Translations under genes and position numbers: made by a program | The notes under the pieces: model-generated | Seen by the model: only the letters and a program-made list of their open reading frames with translations | Database searches by the model: none | What the model was told of the DNA's origin: nothing | DNA from: Chloroflexota bacterium | GTDB lineage: Bacteria; Chloroflexota; UBA11872; VXOZ01 | DNA: 64,000 nucleotides | Direction: 5' to 3' | Assembly: GCA_012270555.1 (NCBI GenBank) | Contig: JAAXIC010000030.1 | Coordinates: 18,097 to 82,096, forward strand | In this document: positions 1 to 9,922 of the stretch, piece by piece | Layout of the letters: each line of letters starts with the position of its first letter | Numbering within the stretch: the first letter of the stretch is position 1

Positions 1-1
1 G

Positions 2-295
2 GGGCAGCGTGGCACTATCGTCGTTTGTGGCGATGTGGGCGAGGCCTTCGCGGACTCGATGTACGAGACGGTCTGCTACGTTGGCGGCAAGGTGGAAGAC
101 TTGGGCAACGATGCCGTTGTCGAAGAGGTCAGCGCCGAAGACATTTCCTTCCTGGAAGCGATTATTGCCGACCATCTTCCTGACCGTCTAGCCGAGCTTA
201 GACCCCGCTTGGCGAATTTTAAGAAGATTGAGTCCGGCCGGCGGTTATGGAATTTTGACAAGACCGATTGGGACGTTTGGCAGCAGGTGGTGTAG
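2..295 (+). CDS. Glutamate-synthase GXGXG-domain protein (GltB domain 3-like; N-methylglutamate synthase subunit B-like), C-terminal fragment running off the window start
   Basis: Frame-2 translation GQRGTIVVCGDVGEAFADSMYETVCYVGGKVEDLGND shows the Gly-rich beta-helix repeats and acidic C-terminal tail typical of glutamate synthase domain 3. It is a separate ORF followed by a separate FMN-domain gene. Confidence 0.5.
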   Translation, partial: GQRGTIVVCGDVGEAFADSMYETVCYVGGKVEDLGNDAVVEEVSAEDISFLEAIIADHLPDRLAELRPRLANFKKIESGRRLWNFDKTDWDVWQQVV

Positions 296-536
296 CGGAT
301 TAAGACTTGCCGTGTGCATCCCCTATTACGCTTCTTTGATGGATGACAAGCGACTTCCATCTGAGCATTCTCTAATAGAGTTAGACTTGGAAAAGTCTGG
401 GCGCACGAGATCAGAAATCACATTTTTGAAGTGAGGAGGATGGCGCTTGGAGCGTCTTGGGCGAAATGCCGAAGACCATAGGGCGTCACGGTTGACCAAT
501 TGACAGTTGAGTTCCCAATAGGAGGAGCGTGGGAAA

Positions 537-1886
537 ATGCCAGACGGCGAGAACGGCCGGCTGCGACCGAGTGGAACGTACACCCCTGAGGTAATTGCCG
601 AAATCCAAGAGAAAGCGCAACTGGGGCGCTACCTCATGCGTGGCTTCGGCACGCTGCGCGAACGGAACTGGGCCACGTTCGACGATCTTACCTTTCTCCC
701 GTGCACCTTGACCCGCATTCCCCTGGAGGGCTACCGCGAACACTGCTCGACAAAGACCGTCATCGGCAGACGCTATGCCGAGAACCCGATTGAACTCGAT
801 ATTCCCATCATGATTACGGGCATGAGTTGGGGGGCGCTTTCGTATAACGCCAAAGTGGCCCTGGCCCAAGGCGCGGCTGCGGTCGGCTCATCCAACACCA
901 CCGGCGACGGCGGCATGTTGGAAGCGGAACGTGAAAACAGTAAGACCCTCGTCTACGAGGTACTGCCGTCGCGCTACGGTGTCAGCATTCACCACGCGCG
1001 CGCTGCTGACGCCATTGAGTTGACGATCGGCCAAGGAGCGAAACCGGGCACCGGCGGCCTTTTGCTGGGCTCGAAGGTGTCTGACGTGATTGCCGAACAA
1101 CGCGACCTCCCCATCGGCGTCGACCAGCGCAGTCCGGCGCGCCACCCGGACTTCCTGGGTCCCGACGACATGATCATCAAGGTCGAAGAACTCCGCGAGG
1201 CCACCGACTGGAAGGTGCCGATCTTTGTCAAGATGGGTGCAACGCGTGTCTTCGACGACGTGCGCTTGGCGGCGAAAGCGGGCGCGGACGCCGTGGTCGT
1301 GGACGGCATGGAAGGCGGCACTGGCGCCTCGCCGGAGATGCTCCAAGAGCACACCGGCATTCCCACGCTGGCGGCGGTCTGCGAGGCGCGCGCAGCCCTG
1401 GAAGACCTCGGACTCTATGGCGAAGTGCAACTCATCATCGCCGGCGGCATTCGTCACGGCGTGGATGCCGCCAAAGCGCTTGCGCTCGGCGCCGATGCGG
1501 TCTACATCGGCACCTCCGCCCTGATCGCCCTCAACTGCAACCGCTCTCTATACGTAGAAGACTACGAGAAATTAGGCACGAAGCCGGGTTTCTGCCACCA
1601 CTGCCACACGGGTCGCTGTCCGGTAGGCATCACGACCCAAGACCCTGAGCTTATGAAACGGTTGCCCATAGACGAAGCCGCCGAACGCGTCTCCAGCTAT
1701 CTGCGCTCGATGGTCTCGGAAATGCAGATGCTGGCCCGGGCGTGCGGCAAGGCCGACGTGCACGACCTGGACCCGGACGACCTCCGCGCCCTGACATCGG
1801 AAGCCTCCATGATCTGCGGCATCCCGCTCGTGGGCACAAACCGCATCGTCGGCGGCGGCCCGGGGTGGGAAGAGCGCGGCCACTAG
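537..1886 (+). CDS. FMN-binding glutamate synthase family protein (GltB domain 2 homolog; N-methylglutamate synthase subunit C-like)
   Basis: 449 aa starting MPDGENGRLRPSGTYTPEVIAEIQEKAQLGRY...GMSWGALSYNAKVALAQGAAAVGSSNTTGDGG, the stand-alone GltB central-domain signature. AGGAGG RBS upstream. C-terminal Cys-rich tail (CHHCHTGRCPVG). Confidence 0.75.
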   Translation: MPDGENGRLRPSGTYTPEVIAEIQEKAQLGRYLMRGFGTLRERNWATFDDLTFLPCTLTRIPLEGYREHCSTKTVIGRRYAENPIELDIPIMITGMSWGALSYNAKVALAQGAAAVGSSNTTGDGGMLEAERENSKTLVYEVLPSRYGVSIHHARAADAIELTIGQGAKPGTGGLLLGSKVSDVIAEQRDLPIGVDQRSPARHPDFLGPDDMIIKVEELREATDWKVPIFVKMGATRVFDDVRLAAKAGADAVVVDGMEGGTGASPEMLQEHTGIPTLAAVCEARAALEDLGLYGEVQLIIAGGIRHGVDAAKALALGADAVYIGTSALIALNCNRSLYVEDYEKLGTKPGFCHHCHTGRCPVGITTQDPELMKRLPIDEAAERVSSYLRSMVSEMQMLARACGKADVHDLDPDDLRALTSEASMICGIPLVGTNRIVGGGPGWEERGH

Positions 1887-2045
1887 TCTGTAAGCCCTGC
1901 TGCCAGAGACCTAAGTCATTCGCTCATTCTCTAGAAAACTAAATGTAAGCAACATGGGCGCATCCGTAGAGTCATCCCCCACTGCCCTGAACAGCCTATC
2001 CCGCCCTAGAGTGGTCTCTTACCGAATATCTCGCAGGGAGTCCGC

Positions 2046-2306
2046 ATGTCTTTCCTAATCCCGTGTCCCAATTGCGGTAAGCGCAGCGCTTACGAATTTC
2101 GCTTTGGCGGCGAGGTGAAAACACGGCCGGAGGCGGGGTCGAGCAATGAAGCGTGGCTGGGGTACAGTTACGCTGCGGCAAACCGCGACCACTCCCAGAA
2201 AGAATGGTGGTTTCACACGTACGGCTGTCGCCAGTGGCTCTTTGCCGTGCGCGATACGGTGACCAACGAGGTCACTGAGACCAGCCTGCCTGAGGAGGCC
2301 CCGTGA
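2046..2306 (+). CDS. soxD: Sarcosine oxidase delta-subunit family protein (NMG dehydrogenase small subunit-like)
   Basis: 86 aa, MSFLIPCPNCGKRSAYEFRFGGE with the CxxC zinc motif typical of SoxD. AGGGAG RBS. Stop overlaps the next start (GTGA). Confidence 0.8.
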   Translation: MSFLIPCPNCGKRSAYEFRFGGEVKTRPEAGSSNEAWLGYSYAAANRDHSQKEWWFHTYGCRQWLFAVRDTVTNEVTETSLPEEAP

Positions 2307-5074
2307 GTGACCAGATGGATTCCCGCTTTCACGGGAATGACGGATCATCGCCATCCTCGATTCCCGCAAACGGGCAAGTACCCGCTACTTTCTATTTCAA
2401 CGGCAGACCGATTGAAGCGTTGCCCCAAGACACGGTAGCTTCTGCGCTCTATCGCTCCGGCCGGCGCATCTTCAGCCGCAGCTTCAAGTACCATCGACCG
2501 CGCGGCCTGCTGTGCGTCTCGGGCAGGTGTCCCAATTGCTTGATGAACGTGGACGGCACGCCAAACGTACGCGCCTGCATGCAGCCGGTCCGGGATGGCA
2601 TGCGGGTCACACACCAGAACGCCAGCCCATCTTTGGAAAACGACTTCATGGCAATTGCCGAGAAGTTTTCGTGGGCGATGCCGGTGGGGTTCTACTACAA
2701 GACCTTTACCCATCCCTGGATGTGGCGCCTCGCCGAACCGTTCATCCGCCGCGCCGCCGGTCTGGGCAAGATCGACAACGACCCAAACGCGGTCACAGAC
2801 CATCCCTACGAGCACGTCTTCCTCCACACGAATACCACCGTGATTGGCGGGGGGCCGCACGGCATACAAGCTGCGCTGGAGGCGGCAGTTGCCGGCGAAG
2901 AGGTAGTCCTCATCGACGACCAGCCCGAATTGGGCGGCCACCTGCGCTATGCGAGTTCGACTGACGATACTCCCGAAACTACGTCCTCTACGGAGTCACC
3001 CTTTCGCGGCAAGCCACATGTAGGTCTCGCCGATCTCTTGAAGAGTGTGCACGAGACCCCTAACATCACCGTCTTGAGCAATGCAACCTGCTTTGGACTC
3101 TACGAAGGCAAGCTTGTCGCCGCCATGCATCGTAGTGCGGAATCGCCGGCAGCACAGCGCCTCACGCAACTACGTACCGAAAACATCGTCATCGCCACCG
3201 GAGCTCACGAAATCCCGCTGCTCTTTGAAAACAACGATCTGCCGGGAGTCATGCTGAGCAGCGGCGCACTGCGCCTCATTGGGCTGCACGGCGTGAAGCC
3301 CGGCGAACGGGCGGTTGTTGTCGGCACAACGCAAGCTGCGGATTCCGTTTGCGGAGCACTAGAGGCGACGGGGATTGAGATAGTTGCAACAGTCTCACTT
3401 GAGCAGGTCGTCAAGGCCGTCGGCAAGAAGCACGTCTCCGCGCTGCAGACGAATGAGCAGCGATTCGCCTGCGACCTCATTGTCATGTGCGGCGATTGGA
3501 TGCCGGACGCGGGGCTCGTTGGGCAAGCCGGCGGCACGGTGGCGTGGGACGAAGAACGTGCCGTCTTCGTTGCGAGCGACTTACCGGAAGGAGTGTCCGC
3601 GGTAGGCGCAGTTACCGGAGAGGACCTGCCGCCTGCCATTGGCATCTCCCAGAGCGCAAGTGCCAACCCGAAGAAAGTCTTCGTGTGTCCCTGTGAAGAT
3701 GTTTCGCTTCACGACCTGAAGACGGCAATCGATGAGGGCTTCGACCACATTGAAACGCTCAAGCGGTACACGACGACCACGATGGGTCCCTGCCAGGGCA
3801 AGATGTGCCAACAGGCGGCCATAGGCATTTGCGCCGATCAGACCGGGCAAACAATCCAAGAAACAGGCAGAACGACCTCACGGCCGCCGACGTCTCCTGT
3901 ACCGCTAGGGGTGTTGGCCGGGCCGCACTTACATCCCGTCAAGCGCACGCCGATGCACGCCAAACACGACGAAATTGGCTGTGTCTGGATGGACATGGGC
4001 GAATGGAAACGCCCGCTCTACTACGGCACGCCGGACAGCAAGCGAGAGTCGGTGGAGCAAGAGTACTGGGCAGTACGGCAACGCGTGGGTCTCATTGACT
4101 TGAGCACACTCGGCAAGCTCGACGTCGTCGGCAAGGACGCCGGCAAGCTCTTGGATAAGGTCTATACGAATCGCTTCTCCGACCTGCGCGTGGGTCGCGC
4201 GCGCTACGGCGTTATTTGCGATGAAGCGGGCATCATTTTAGACGACGGCACGGTCTCCCGTGTTGCTGAAGACCGCTACTTCATTACCACCACCACCGGC
4301 AACATCGAGTTTGTGCAGGAGTGGCTGGAGTGGTGGCTGGCGGGTACCGGCATGTGCGTACACATCACGAATGTCACCGGCGGCATGGCCGCAGTCAACG
4401 TCGCCGGGCCCAAGGCTCGTGACACGCTCGCCAAGCTCACCGAGCGCGACCTCGGCAATAAGCGCTTCGGCTACATGCGTTGCCGCCAAGCAGAGGTAGC
4501 AGGAGTACCCAGTCTCATGCTGCGCATCGGCTTCGTCGGGGAGACCGGCTGGGAGATTCACTTCCCCGCCGAGTACGGCGAACACGTGTGGGGTGCCATC
4601 ATGGAAGCCGGTGAAGAGTTCGACATTCGGCCCTTTGGTGTAGAGACGCAACGCGTGCTCCGCCTGGAAAAGAAACACGTGATCGTGAGCGTTGACACCG
4701 ACGCGACGAGCAATCCCATCGAATCCGACTTGGCATGGGTCGCGAAGCTCGACAAAGACGACTTCATCGGCAAAGCAGCCATCAGCCGCGCCAAGGACCG
4801 CGCCCCCCGGGAAAAGCTGGTCGGGTTCATCATGGATGAGAACGTACTGCCGCCGGACGGCTGCGTGATCATTGCCGACGGCCAACCGGCAGGGCGCATC
4901 ACGAGTGTGCGCTATTCGCCGGTGAATGAGAGGATAATTGGCTTGGCTTGGGTCTCCGCAGGTCTCGCGGTCGCCGGTCAGTCGATCACGATGCGGGTCG
5001 ACGGCCGTCCGGTTACTGCCCAGATCGTTGACGAACCCTTCTACGATCCCGCGCAAGCGCGGCTCCGACAGTGA
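2303..5074 (+). CDS. soxA: Sarcosine oxidase alpha-subunit family protein (N-terminal 2Fe-2S-like domain, FAD/NAD-binding domain, C-terminal GcvT-like folate-binding domain)
   Basis: 923 aa. N-terminus has FYFNGRPIEALPQDTVASAL...SGRCPNC. TVIGGGPHGIQAALEAA dinucleotide fold. C-terminal aminomethyltransferase-like region. GTG start with GAGGAGG RBS. Confidence 0.85.
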   Translation: MSDQMDSRFHGNDGSSPSSIPANGQVPATFYFNGRPIEALPQDTVASALYRSGRRIFSRSFKYHRPRGLLCVSGRCPNCLMNVDGTPNVRACMQPVRDGMRVTHQNASPSLENDFMAIAEKFSWAMPVGFYYKTFTHPWMWRLAEPFIRRAAGLGKIDNDPNAVTDHPYEHVFLHTNTTVIGGGPHGIQAALEAAVAGEEVVLIDDQPELGGHLRYASSTDDTPETTSSTESPFRGKPHVGLADLLKSVHETPNITVLSNATCFGLYEGKLVAAMHRSAESPAAQRLTQLRTENIVIATGAHEIPLLFENNDLPGVMLSSGALRLIGLHGVKPGERAVVVGTTQAADSVCGALEATGIEIVATVSLEQVVKAVGKKHVSALQTNEQRFACDLIVMCGDWMPDAGLVGQAGGTVAWDEERAVFVASDLPEGVSAVGAVTGEDLPPAIGISQSASANPKKVFVCPCEDVSLHDLKTAIDEGFDHIETLKRYTTTTMGPCQGKMCQQAAIGICADQTGQTIQETGRTTSRPPTSPVPLGVLAGPHLHPVKRTPMHAKHDEIGCVWMDMGEWKRPLYYGTPDSKRESVEQEYWAVRQRVGLIDLSTLGKLDVVGKDAGKLLDKVYTNRFSDLRVGRARYGVICDEAGIILDDGTVSRVAEDRYFITTTTGNIEFVQEWLEWWLAGTGMCVHITNVTGGMAAVNVAGPKARDTLAKLTERDLGNKRFGYMRCRQAEVAGVPSLMLRIGFVGETGWEIHFPAEYGEHVWGAIMEAGEEFDIRPFGVETQRVLRLEKKHVIVSVDTDATSNPIESDLAWVAKLDKDDFIGKAAISRAKDRAPREKLVGFIMDENVLPPDGCVIIADGQPAGRITSVRYSPVNERIIGLAWVSAGLAVAGQSITMRVDGRPVTAQIVDEPFYDPAQARLRQ

Positions 5075-5754
5075 ATGAATCAATGAAAGCACCGCTCAAG
5101 CAATCCCCGCTCCACCATGTTGCCCGCGCATTGGGAGCGACCTTTGGCCCCCACCTTGGGTGGAATGTTGCTATGCGTTTTGATACGCCTGACACGGAAG
5201 CGGCGGCCCTCGAAAATGGCGTGGGCATCGCGGACGCGAGTTGGCTGGGAAAACTAGAGTTCAAAGGCCGCCTGGCAGCGTTGGAAGCCGTCACAATCGA
5301 GGAAGGCAAGACGTGGAATCTGGCGCGAGGGCATCGCTTCATTGCCTGTGATCCCATGAGCAGCAGCGCGGTCATCGAGTCTATAGAGCGACAGGGTGCA
5401 GAACGAGAGAATGAGAACCCGGCGGGGACAGGCTGCATTCACGTGATAGACGTGACCTCCACCTTCGCAGGTATCCTCCTCGCGGGGCCCCATAGCCGCG
5501 ACGTGCTGCAGCGGCTCACCGCACCAGATGTTTCCGATTCCACTTTCGCGAACGGTGCGTGCCTCAGCGCCAAAGTTGCCGGCCTGCATGCGCGGATTGT
5601 GCGGGACGATCTAGACGAAACGTTGGCCTATTGGCTCTTTGTCGGCACCGAATACGCCGCCTATGCCTGGGAAGCAATCATGCACGCCGGACGCCAGTTC
5701 GGCATAATGCCGGTGGGCATCGACGCTGTGCAACGAGTGCGCGGAGGTGACTGA
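5071..5754 (+). CDS. soxG: Sarcosine oxidase gamma-subunit family protein
   Basis: 227 aa. Translationally coupled to the alpha subunit (ATGA overlap) and to the beta subunit (TGATG overlap). Sequence and size match SoxG, a GcvT-like fold. Confidence 0.7.
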   Translation: MNESMKAPLKQSPLHHVARALGATFGPHLGWNVAMRFDTPDTEAAALENGVGIADASWLGKLEFKGRLAALEAVTIEEGKTWNLARGHRFIACDPMSSSAVIESIERQGAERENENPAGTGCIHVIDVTSTFAGILLAGPHSRDVLQRLTAPDVSDSTFANGACLSAKVAGLHARIVRDDLDETLAYWLFVGTEYAAYAWEAIMHAGRQFGIMPVGIDAVQRVRGGD

Positions 5755-7019
5755 TGATCCAGTTGTTTCGCAAAGAGCGCATGTGGCGCACGCATGAACT
5801 CAAGCGGAGCTACGACGTCGTCATCATTGGCGCCGGCGTGCACGGCCTTGCCACGGCGTACTACCTGGGCAAGGACCACGGCATCACGAACGTGGCTGTC
5901 CTCGAAAAGAACTACCTCGGCGCGGGCAATTCCGGCCGCAATACGGCCATCATCCGCGCGAATTACCGCACGCCCGAAGGCGTACCCTTCTTTGCGCGCT
6001 CGTTGGAGCTTTACGAAGACTTGTCGCGGGAGTTGGAATGGAACCTGCTGTTCAATCAATGCGGACACCTGACGCTGGCGCACACGGACTCCTCAGTTGA
6101 TGGTTTGCGCGTGCGCGCTGAAACCAACCAGATCATGGGCGTGGACAGCCGCGTCATTTATCCGGAAGAGATACAGAAACTCGTTCCCGCCCTCGACATG
6201 AGCGACCGTCCGCGCTTACCCGTGATGGCGGCGCTCTACCACCCGCCGGGGGGCATCATCCGCCACGACGCCGTGGTGTGGGGCTACGCCCGCGCCTGTG
6301 ACCGCATGGGAATTGAAATTCATCCGTACACGGAAGCGACAGCGATTAGCATTGATAGCTCTGCATCACGCAACAACGCCAATAGAGCACCGAGCATTGA
6401 TGCTCCAGAAGGAAAGATTACAGGCGTGGAAACGACCGGTGGCAGCGTAGCTACCGAAACTGTAGTGAACTGCGCTGCGGGCTGGGCAACGACAGTTTCC
6501 CGCATGGCCGGCGTTGCTTTGCCGATCGTGACCCAGCCATTGCAAGCCTGTGTATCGGAGCCGCTCAAGCCGTTTCTCAATAAAGTTATCGTCTCGGCAA
6601 ACCTGCACGTCTACATCAGCCAGACCGACCGGGGCGACTGCGTCATGGGCGCCGAGGTCGACCCGCTACAGTCCTATAGCATGCTGGGCACCCTCCCAAC
6701 GCTGGAACAGATGGCCACCTATACCTTGGAGCTTTTCCCGCAGTTGCACAATGTAAGCGTCTTACGGCAATGGGCGGGCATCTGTGATATGACCCCCGAC
6801 TTTTCGCCCATCATCGGCGCGGTGGACGGTCTGGAAGGCTATCATCTGGACGTGGGTTGGGGCACGTACGGCTTCAAGGCCGGCCCTGTCGCCGGGAAGT
6901 ACCTGGCGGAACGCATCGCAACCGGCGAGACACCTGAGCTCATTGAACCGTTCCGGCTTTCGCGCTTCCGTGAAGAAGCATTAGTCGGCGAAAAAGCCGC
7001 AGCGGCAGTGTCACATTAG
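5754..7019 (+). CDS. soxB: Sarcosine oxidase beta-subunit family FAD-dependent oxidoreductase
   Basis: 421 aa, YDVVIIGAGVHGLATAYYL...GAGNSGRNTAIIRANY, the classic SoxB/DadA-family N-terminus. Confidence 0.85.
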   Translation: MIQLFRKERMWRTHELKRSYDVVIIGAGVHGLATAYYLGKDHGITNVAVLEKNYLGAGNSGRNTAIIRANYRTPEGVPFFARSLELYEDLSRELEWNLLFNQCGHLTLAHTDSSVDGLRVRAETNQIMGVDSRVIYPEEIQKLVPALDMSDRPRLPVMAALYHPPGGIIRHDAVVWGYARACDRMGIEIHPYTEATAISIDSSASRNNANRAPSIDAPEGKITGVETTGGSVATETVVNCAAGWATTVSRMAGVALPIVTQPLQACVSEPLKPFLNKVIVSANLHVYISQTDRGDCVMGAEVDPLQSYSMLGTLPTLEQMATYTLELFPQLHNVSVLRQWAGICDMTPDFSPIIGAVDGLEGYHLDVGWGTYGFKAGPVAGKYLAERIATGETPELIEPFRLSRFREEALVGEKAAAAVSH

Positions 7020-7188
7020 TATGCACTGCACTTGTGTATGATATATGCAGCCAGCGACGCTCCGGCCCGTCATTCCGGCGAAAGCGCGCCCCCGCTCGGG
7101 GGCGAGGAATCCAGCGGTGGGAGGGGTGAGGACGCGTACCTGTAACGAAAACGCTTGAAGTAGCACTTGCACGTAGGGAGGCACACAC

Positions 7189-8523
7189 ATGACACTCGAC
7201 GAGGTCAAATCACTGATCGCTGAGCGCGGCATCAATTTCTTTCTCTGCTCGTACGTGGAGATGAGCGGCGCGCCGAAGGCAAAGCTGATACCCGCAACCC
7301 ACATTGACGACATGGCAGACGGCAGCGCCGGTTTTGCCGGGTTTGCCGCTGGCGACATGGGGCAAAGCCCGCACGACCCCGACATGCTCTGTCATCCCGA
7401 CTTCAATTCGACCCTCGTTCTGCCCTGGCGGAAGGATATTGCATGGGTATCGGGCAATATCCACGTCAACGACGTGCCCTGGCACTACGGCCCCCGCACA
7501 ATCTTGCAGCAGCAGTTGGCGAAGGCTGAGCAGGCGGGCTATCTCATGAACGTGGGCACCGAAGCCGAATTCATGCTGCTCCAGCAAGACGAAAACGGCG
7601 GCTATGCGCCCTGGGACGCGCTGGATACGCTCGACAAGCCCTGCTACGACGTGCGCGCGCTCTATCGGAACCTTGACGTCATCACTACTCTGGTCGGCTA
7701 TATGCAAGACTTGGGCTGGGAGCCGTACGCCTCCGACCACGAGGACGCCACCTGTCAGTTCGAGCTTAACTGGCTCTACGCGGACGCGCTCACCACCGCC
7801 GACCGCCACACGTTCTTCCGCTGGATGGTCAAGACCGTCGCCGAGGAGCACGGCCTCACCGCCACGTTCATGCCGAAGCCGTTCCAGAACCTCACCGGCA
7901 ACGGCGCCCACTGCCACGTGAGCCTGTGGGACACCGCCAACACGACCAATCTTTTCCTGGATGAGGACGACGAAAACGGCCTCTCGCAGCTTGCGTACTG
8001 GTTCACCGGCGGCGTGCTGCACCATGCCCGCGCACTTACCGCGGTAACCTGCCCCATCGTCAATAGCTACAAACGCCTCATCCGCGGCCAGCCGCGCTCC
8101 GGCGCTTCTTGGGCGCCGGTCTACGGCACGTACGGCGGCTCCAATCGCACCCAAATGATCCGCATCCCCGATCCGGGACGCATCGAGAACCGCATCGTGG
8201 ACGGCGCCACAAACCCGTATCTAGCCTACACGGTCCTGCTTGCTGCCGGTATGGACGGCATCGCCAACCAGATGGATCCCGGCGTACGCAACGACGACAA
8301 TCTCTACGAACTGGATGAAGACGAACTCCGGCGCCGCGGCATCACGTTCCTGCCCACCAGCCTGCCCGAGGCGCTCGACGAACTCGACAAGGACGACGTC
8401 CTGAAAGAAGCCCTGGGCCGCGAATACGCTGACTACTTCATCGAGGTGAAGCGCGAGGAATGGAACCGCTACCACCTCAGCGTGAGCCAGTGGGAGTTGG
8501 ATAACTACATCGGGGTGTTCTAG
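7189..8523 (+). CDS. gmaS: Glutamine synthetase family protein, gamma-glutamylmethylamide synthetase (GmaS)-like
   Basis: 444 aa with the GS fold (FAGFAAGDMGQ...DMLCHPDFNSTLVLPW...NVGTEAEFMLL). Its size and its position directly after sox-like and gltB-like genes match NMG-pathway GmaS rather than GlnA. Confidence 0.65.
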   Translation: MTLDEVKSLIAERGINFFLCSYVEMSGAPKAKLIPATHIDDMADGSAGFAGFAAGDMGQSPHDPDMLCHPDFNSTLVLPWRKDIAWVSGNIHVNDVPWHYGPRTILQQQLAKAEQAGYLMNVGTEAEFMLLQQDENGGYAPWDALDTLDKPCYDVRALYRNLDVITTLVGYMQDLGWEPYASDHEDATCQFELNWLYADALTTADRHTFFRWMVKTVAEEHGLTATFMPKPFQNLTGNGAHCHVSLWDTANTTNLFLDEDDENGLSQLAYWFTGGVLHHARALTAVTCPIVNSYKRLIRGQPRSGASWAPVYGTYGGSNRTQMIRIPDPGRIENRIVDGATNPYLAYTVLLAAGMDGIANQMDPGVRNDDNLYELDEDELRRRGITFLPTSLPEALDELDKDDVLKEALGREYADYFIEVKREEWNRYHLSVSQWELDNYIGVF

Positions 8524-8742
8524 TCGGCGAGATCCAGATTGCAGAGATGCAATTGCGCCGGTTTTCAAGCCCTGTACAAGAGATAGCAATACTGGTGCAA
8601 CACCTGAAGCCGTGCTCCGGGCCAGTCTGGAGTGCGGCTCTTGTGTATAATCAGCGTGACTCGTCAATACAACTGGGGCATGCTCTATCCATCAGCATGA
8701 ACCAGTACCACCCTGAAAACAGCAGCGCAGAAACTGGAGGTC

Positions 8743-9906
8743 ATGATGGCGACATTCTACGACGCAGATTCCGGCATTACGCTGGACAACGAGTTCGAGT
8801 GTGCCAGCGCGCGGGCGTTCAGCAAGATCGGCCCCGGGCACTACCAAGTTGAGTTGCTCATCGAGAACTACAGCCCTGATTATCCGGTGGTCTGGGAGTA
8901 CATGTTCTGCTTCCGGGTGCGGTCCGAGGCAGACGAAGCGCAGTCCGTGACGTTTCGCATCATGGAGGGCCGCGGCGGCATCAGCTACCTGGATGGACCG
9001 CACTTCGCCAAGCGCAACGGCAAGTGGGAACTGGTGCCCCGGTCCCAAACGCACATGAGCAAAGAGTACGTCGAAGTTACGCTCGCCGTGGCGGCGGGCG
9101 ACGAATTCCTGCTCGGCAATCACCCCTTCCCCACACCGGCAGAAGTCGAGTCCGCCGTGCGCGCCACCGCCGCCGCGTTGGACGATTTCTCGGTGCGGGA
9201 GTACGGTCGCACGCCGGAAGGCCGGCCGCTGCTGGCGCTGGAGTCTGAACCCCGCGACAAGACCGTCATAGTCTTTGACACGATGCAGCCGGCCGAGCCG
9301 GGCGACGTGCCGATCCTCTTCCTCGCCCACTGGCTCAGCAGCCGCTCTGCCGAGACCGAAAAGCTGCTGCGGGACTACCAATTCTGCCTGCTGCCTCTCA
9401 CCAACCCGGATGGCACTGCCCACGGCCACTCGGTGACAAATGCCGCCGGGGAGGTACCGCGCTGCCACTTTGAAGACGCCAAGCTAGGCAAGCCCGTACC
9501 CGCCGAAACCGCCGTCATCTGGGAGTACCTTGCCGGCAAAAAGCCCGCCATGTTCATCGAATTCCACATCCACTATCTGGTGCACGCCGCGCATAAACTG
9601 GTCGGCGTCCACGTGAATGAGCCCTCGGATGAGCGCGGGGTAGTCGCGTTGCCTGCGGCAACCGTATTGTGGGGCGAACTGCTCAAGCTCAATAGCAACT
9701 GGCGGGCGCGCCTCATCGAAGCCGAAAGCGACACGTTTCGCAATGCCCTGGCCGAGACGCTGGCGCGGGACTTCGGCACTCTGTCTTATGTCTATCAAAT
9801 CTACGCTCCCACGGTGGAGGCTGCCTGTGCCCATGCTGTGGACGTGGTGCGCGCGACGGTCAACGGAGCGCAGGCAGCCGTCGCCCTCAATCTGCGCAAT
9901 GCTTGA
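8743..9906 (+). CDS. Hypothetical protein with a possible M14-like (zinc carboxypeptidase or deacylase-like) fold; no signal peptide
   Basis: 387 aa with LTNPDGTAHGH and EFHIHY motifs reminiscent of the M14 NPDG and His regions, but the HxxE zinc motif is not clear. Candidate TATAAT -10 element at 8646-8651. Confidence 0.3.
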   Translation: MMATFYDADSGITLDNEFECASARAFSKIGPGHYQVELLIENYSPDYPVVWEYMFCFRVRSEADEAQSVTFRIMEGRGGISYLDGPHFAKRNGKWELVPRSQTHMSKEYVEVTLAVAAGDEFLLGNHPFPTPAEVESAVRATAAALDDFSVREYGRTPEGRPLLALESEPRDKTVIVFDTMQPAEPGDVPILFLAHWLSSRSAETEKLLRDYQFCLLPLTNPDGTAHGHSVTNAAGEVPRCHFEDAKLGKPVPAETAVIWEYLAGKKPAMFIEFHIHYLVHAAHKLVGVHVNEPSDERGVVALPAATVLWGELLKLNSNWRARLIEAESDTFRNALAETLARDFGTLSYVYQIYAPTVEAACAHAVDVVRATVNGAQAAVALNLRNA

Positions 9907-9922
9907 TCCGGTGTCGTGACAG

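Noticed and set aside
1-1886. Canonical fused glutamate synthase large subunit (GltB)
   Set aside because: The GXGXG domain and FMN domain are separate ORFs in the order GXGXG then FMN, with a 240-bp gap. A fused GltB would be one polypeptide with the FMN domain before the GXGXG domain. The split, permuted layout fits Mgs-type enzymes.
7210-8154. 314-aa ORF on the minus strand inside the gmaS-like gene
   Set aside because: It is antisense to a strongly supported CDS. The composition is low-complexity and Ala/Arg/Gly-rich, typical of shadow ORFs in high-GC DNA. The same reasoning rejects 4238..5092(-), 8692..9468(-), 16282..17073(+), 24262..25164(-), 26599..27501(+), 32303..33136(-), 41815..42636(+), 51297..52358(-) and 55597..56247(+).
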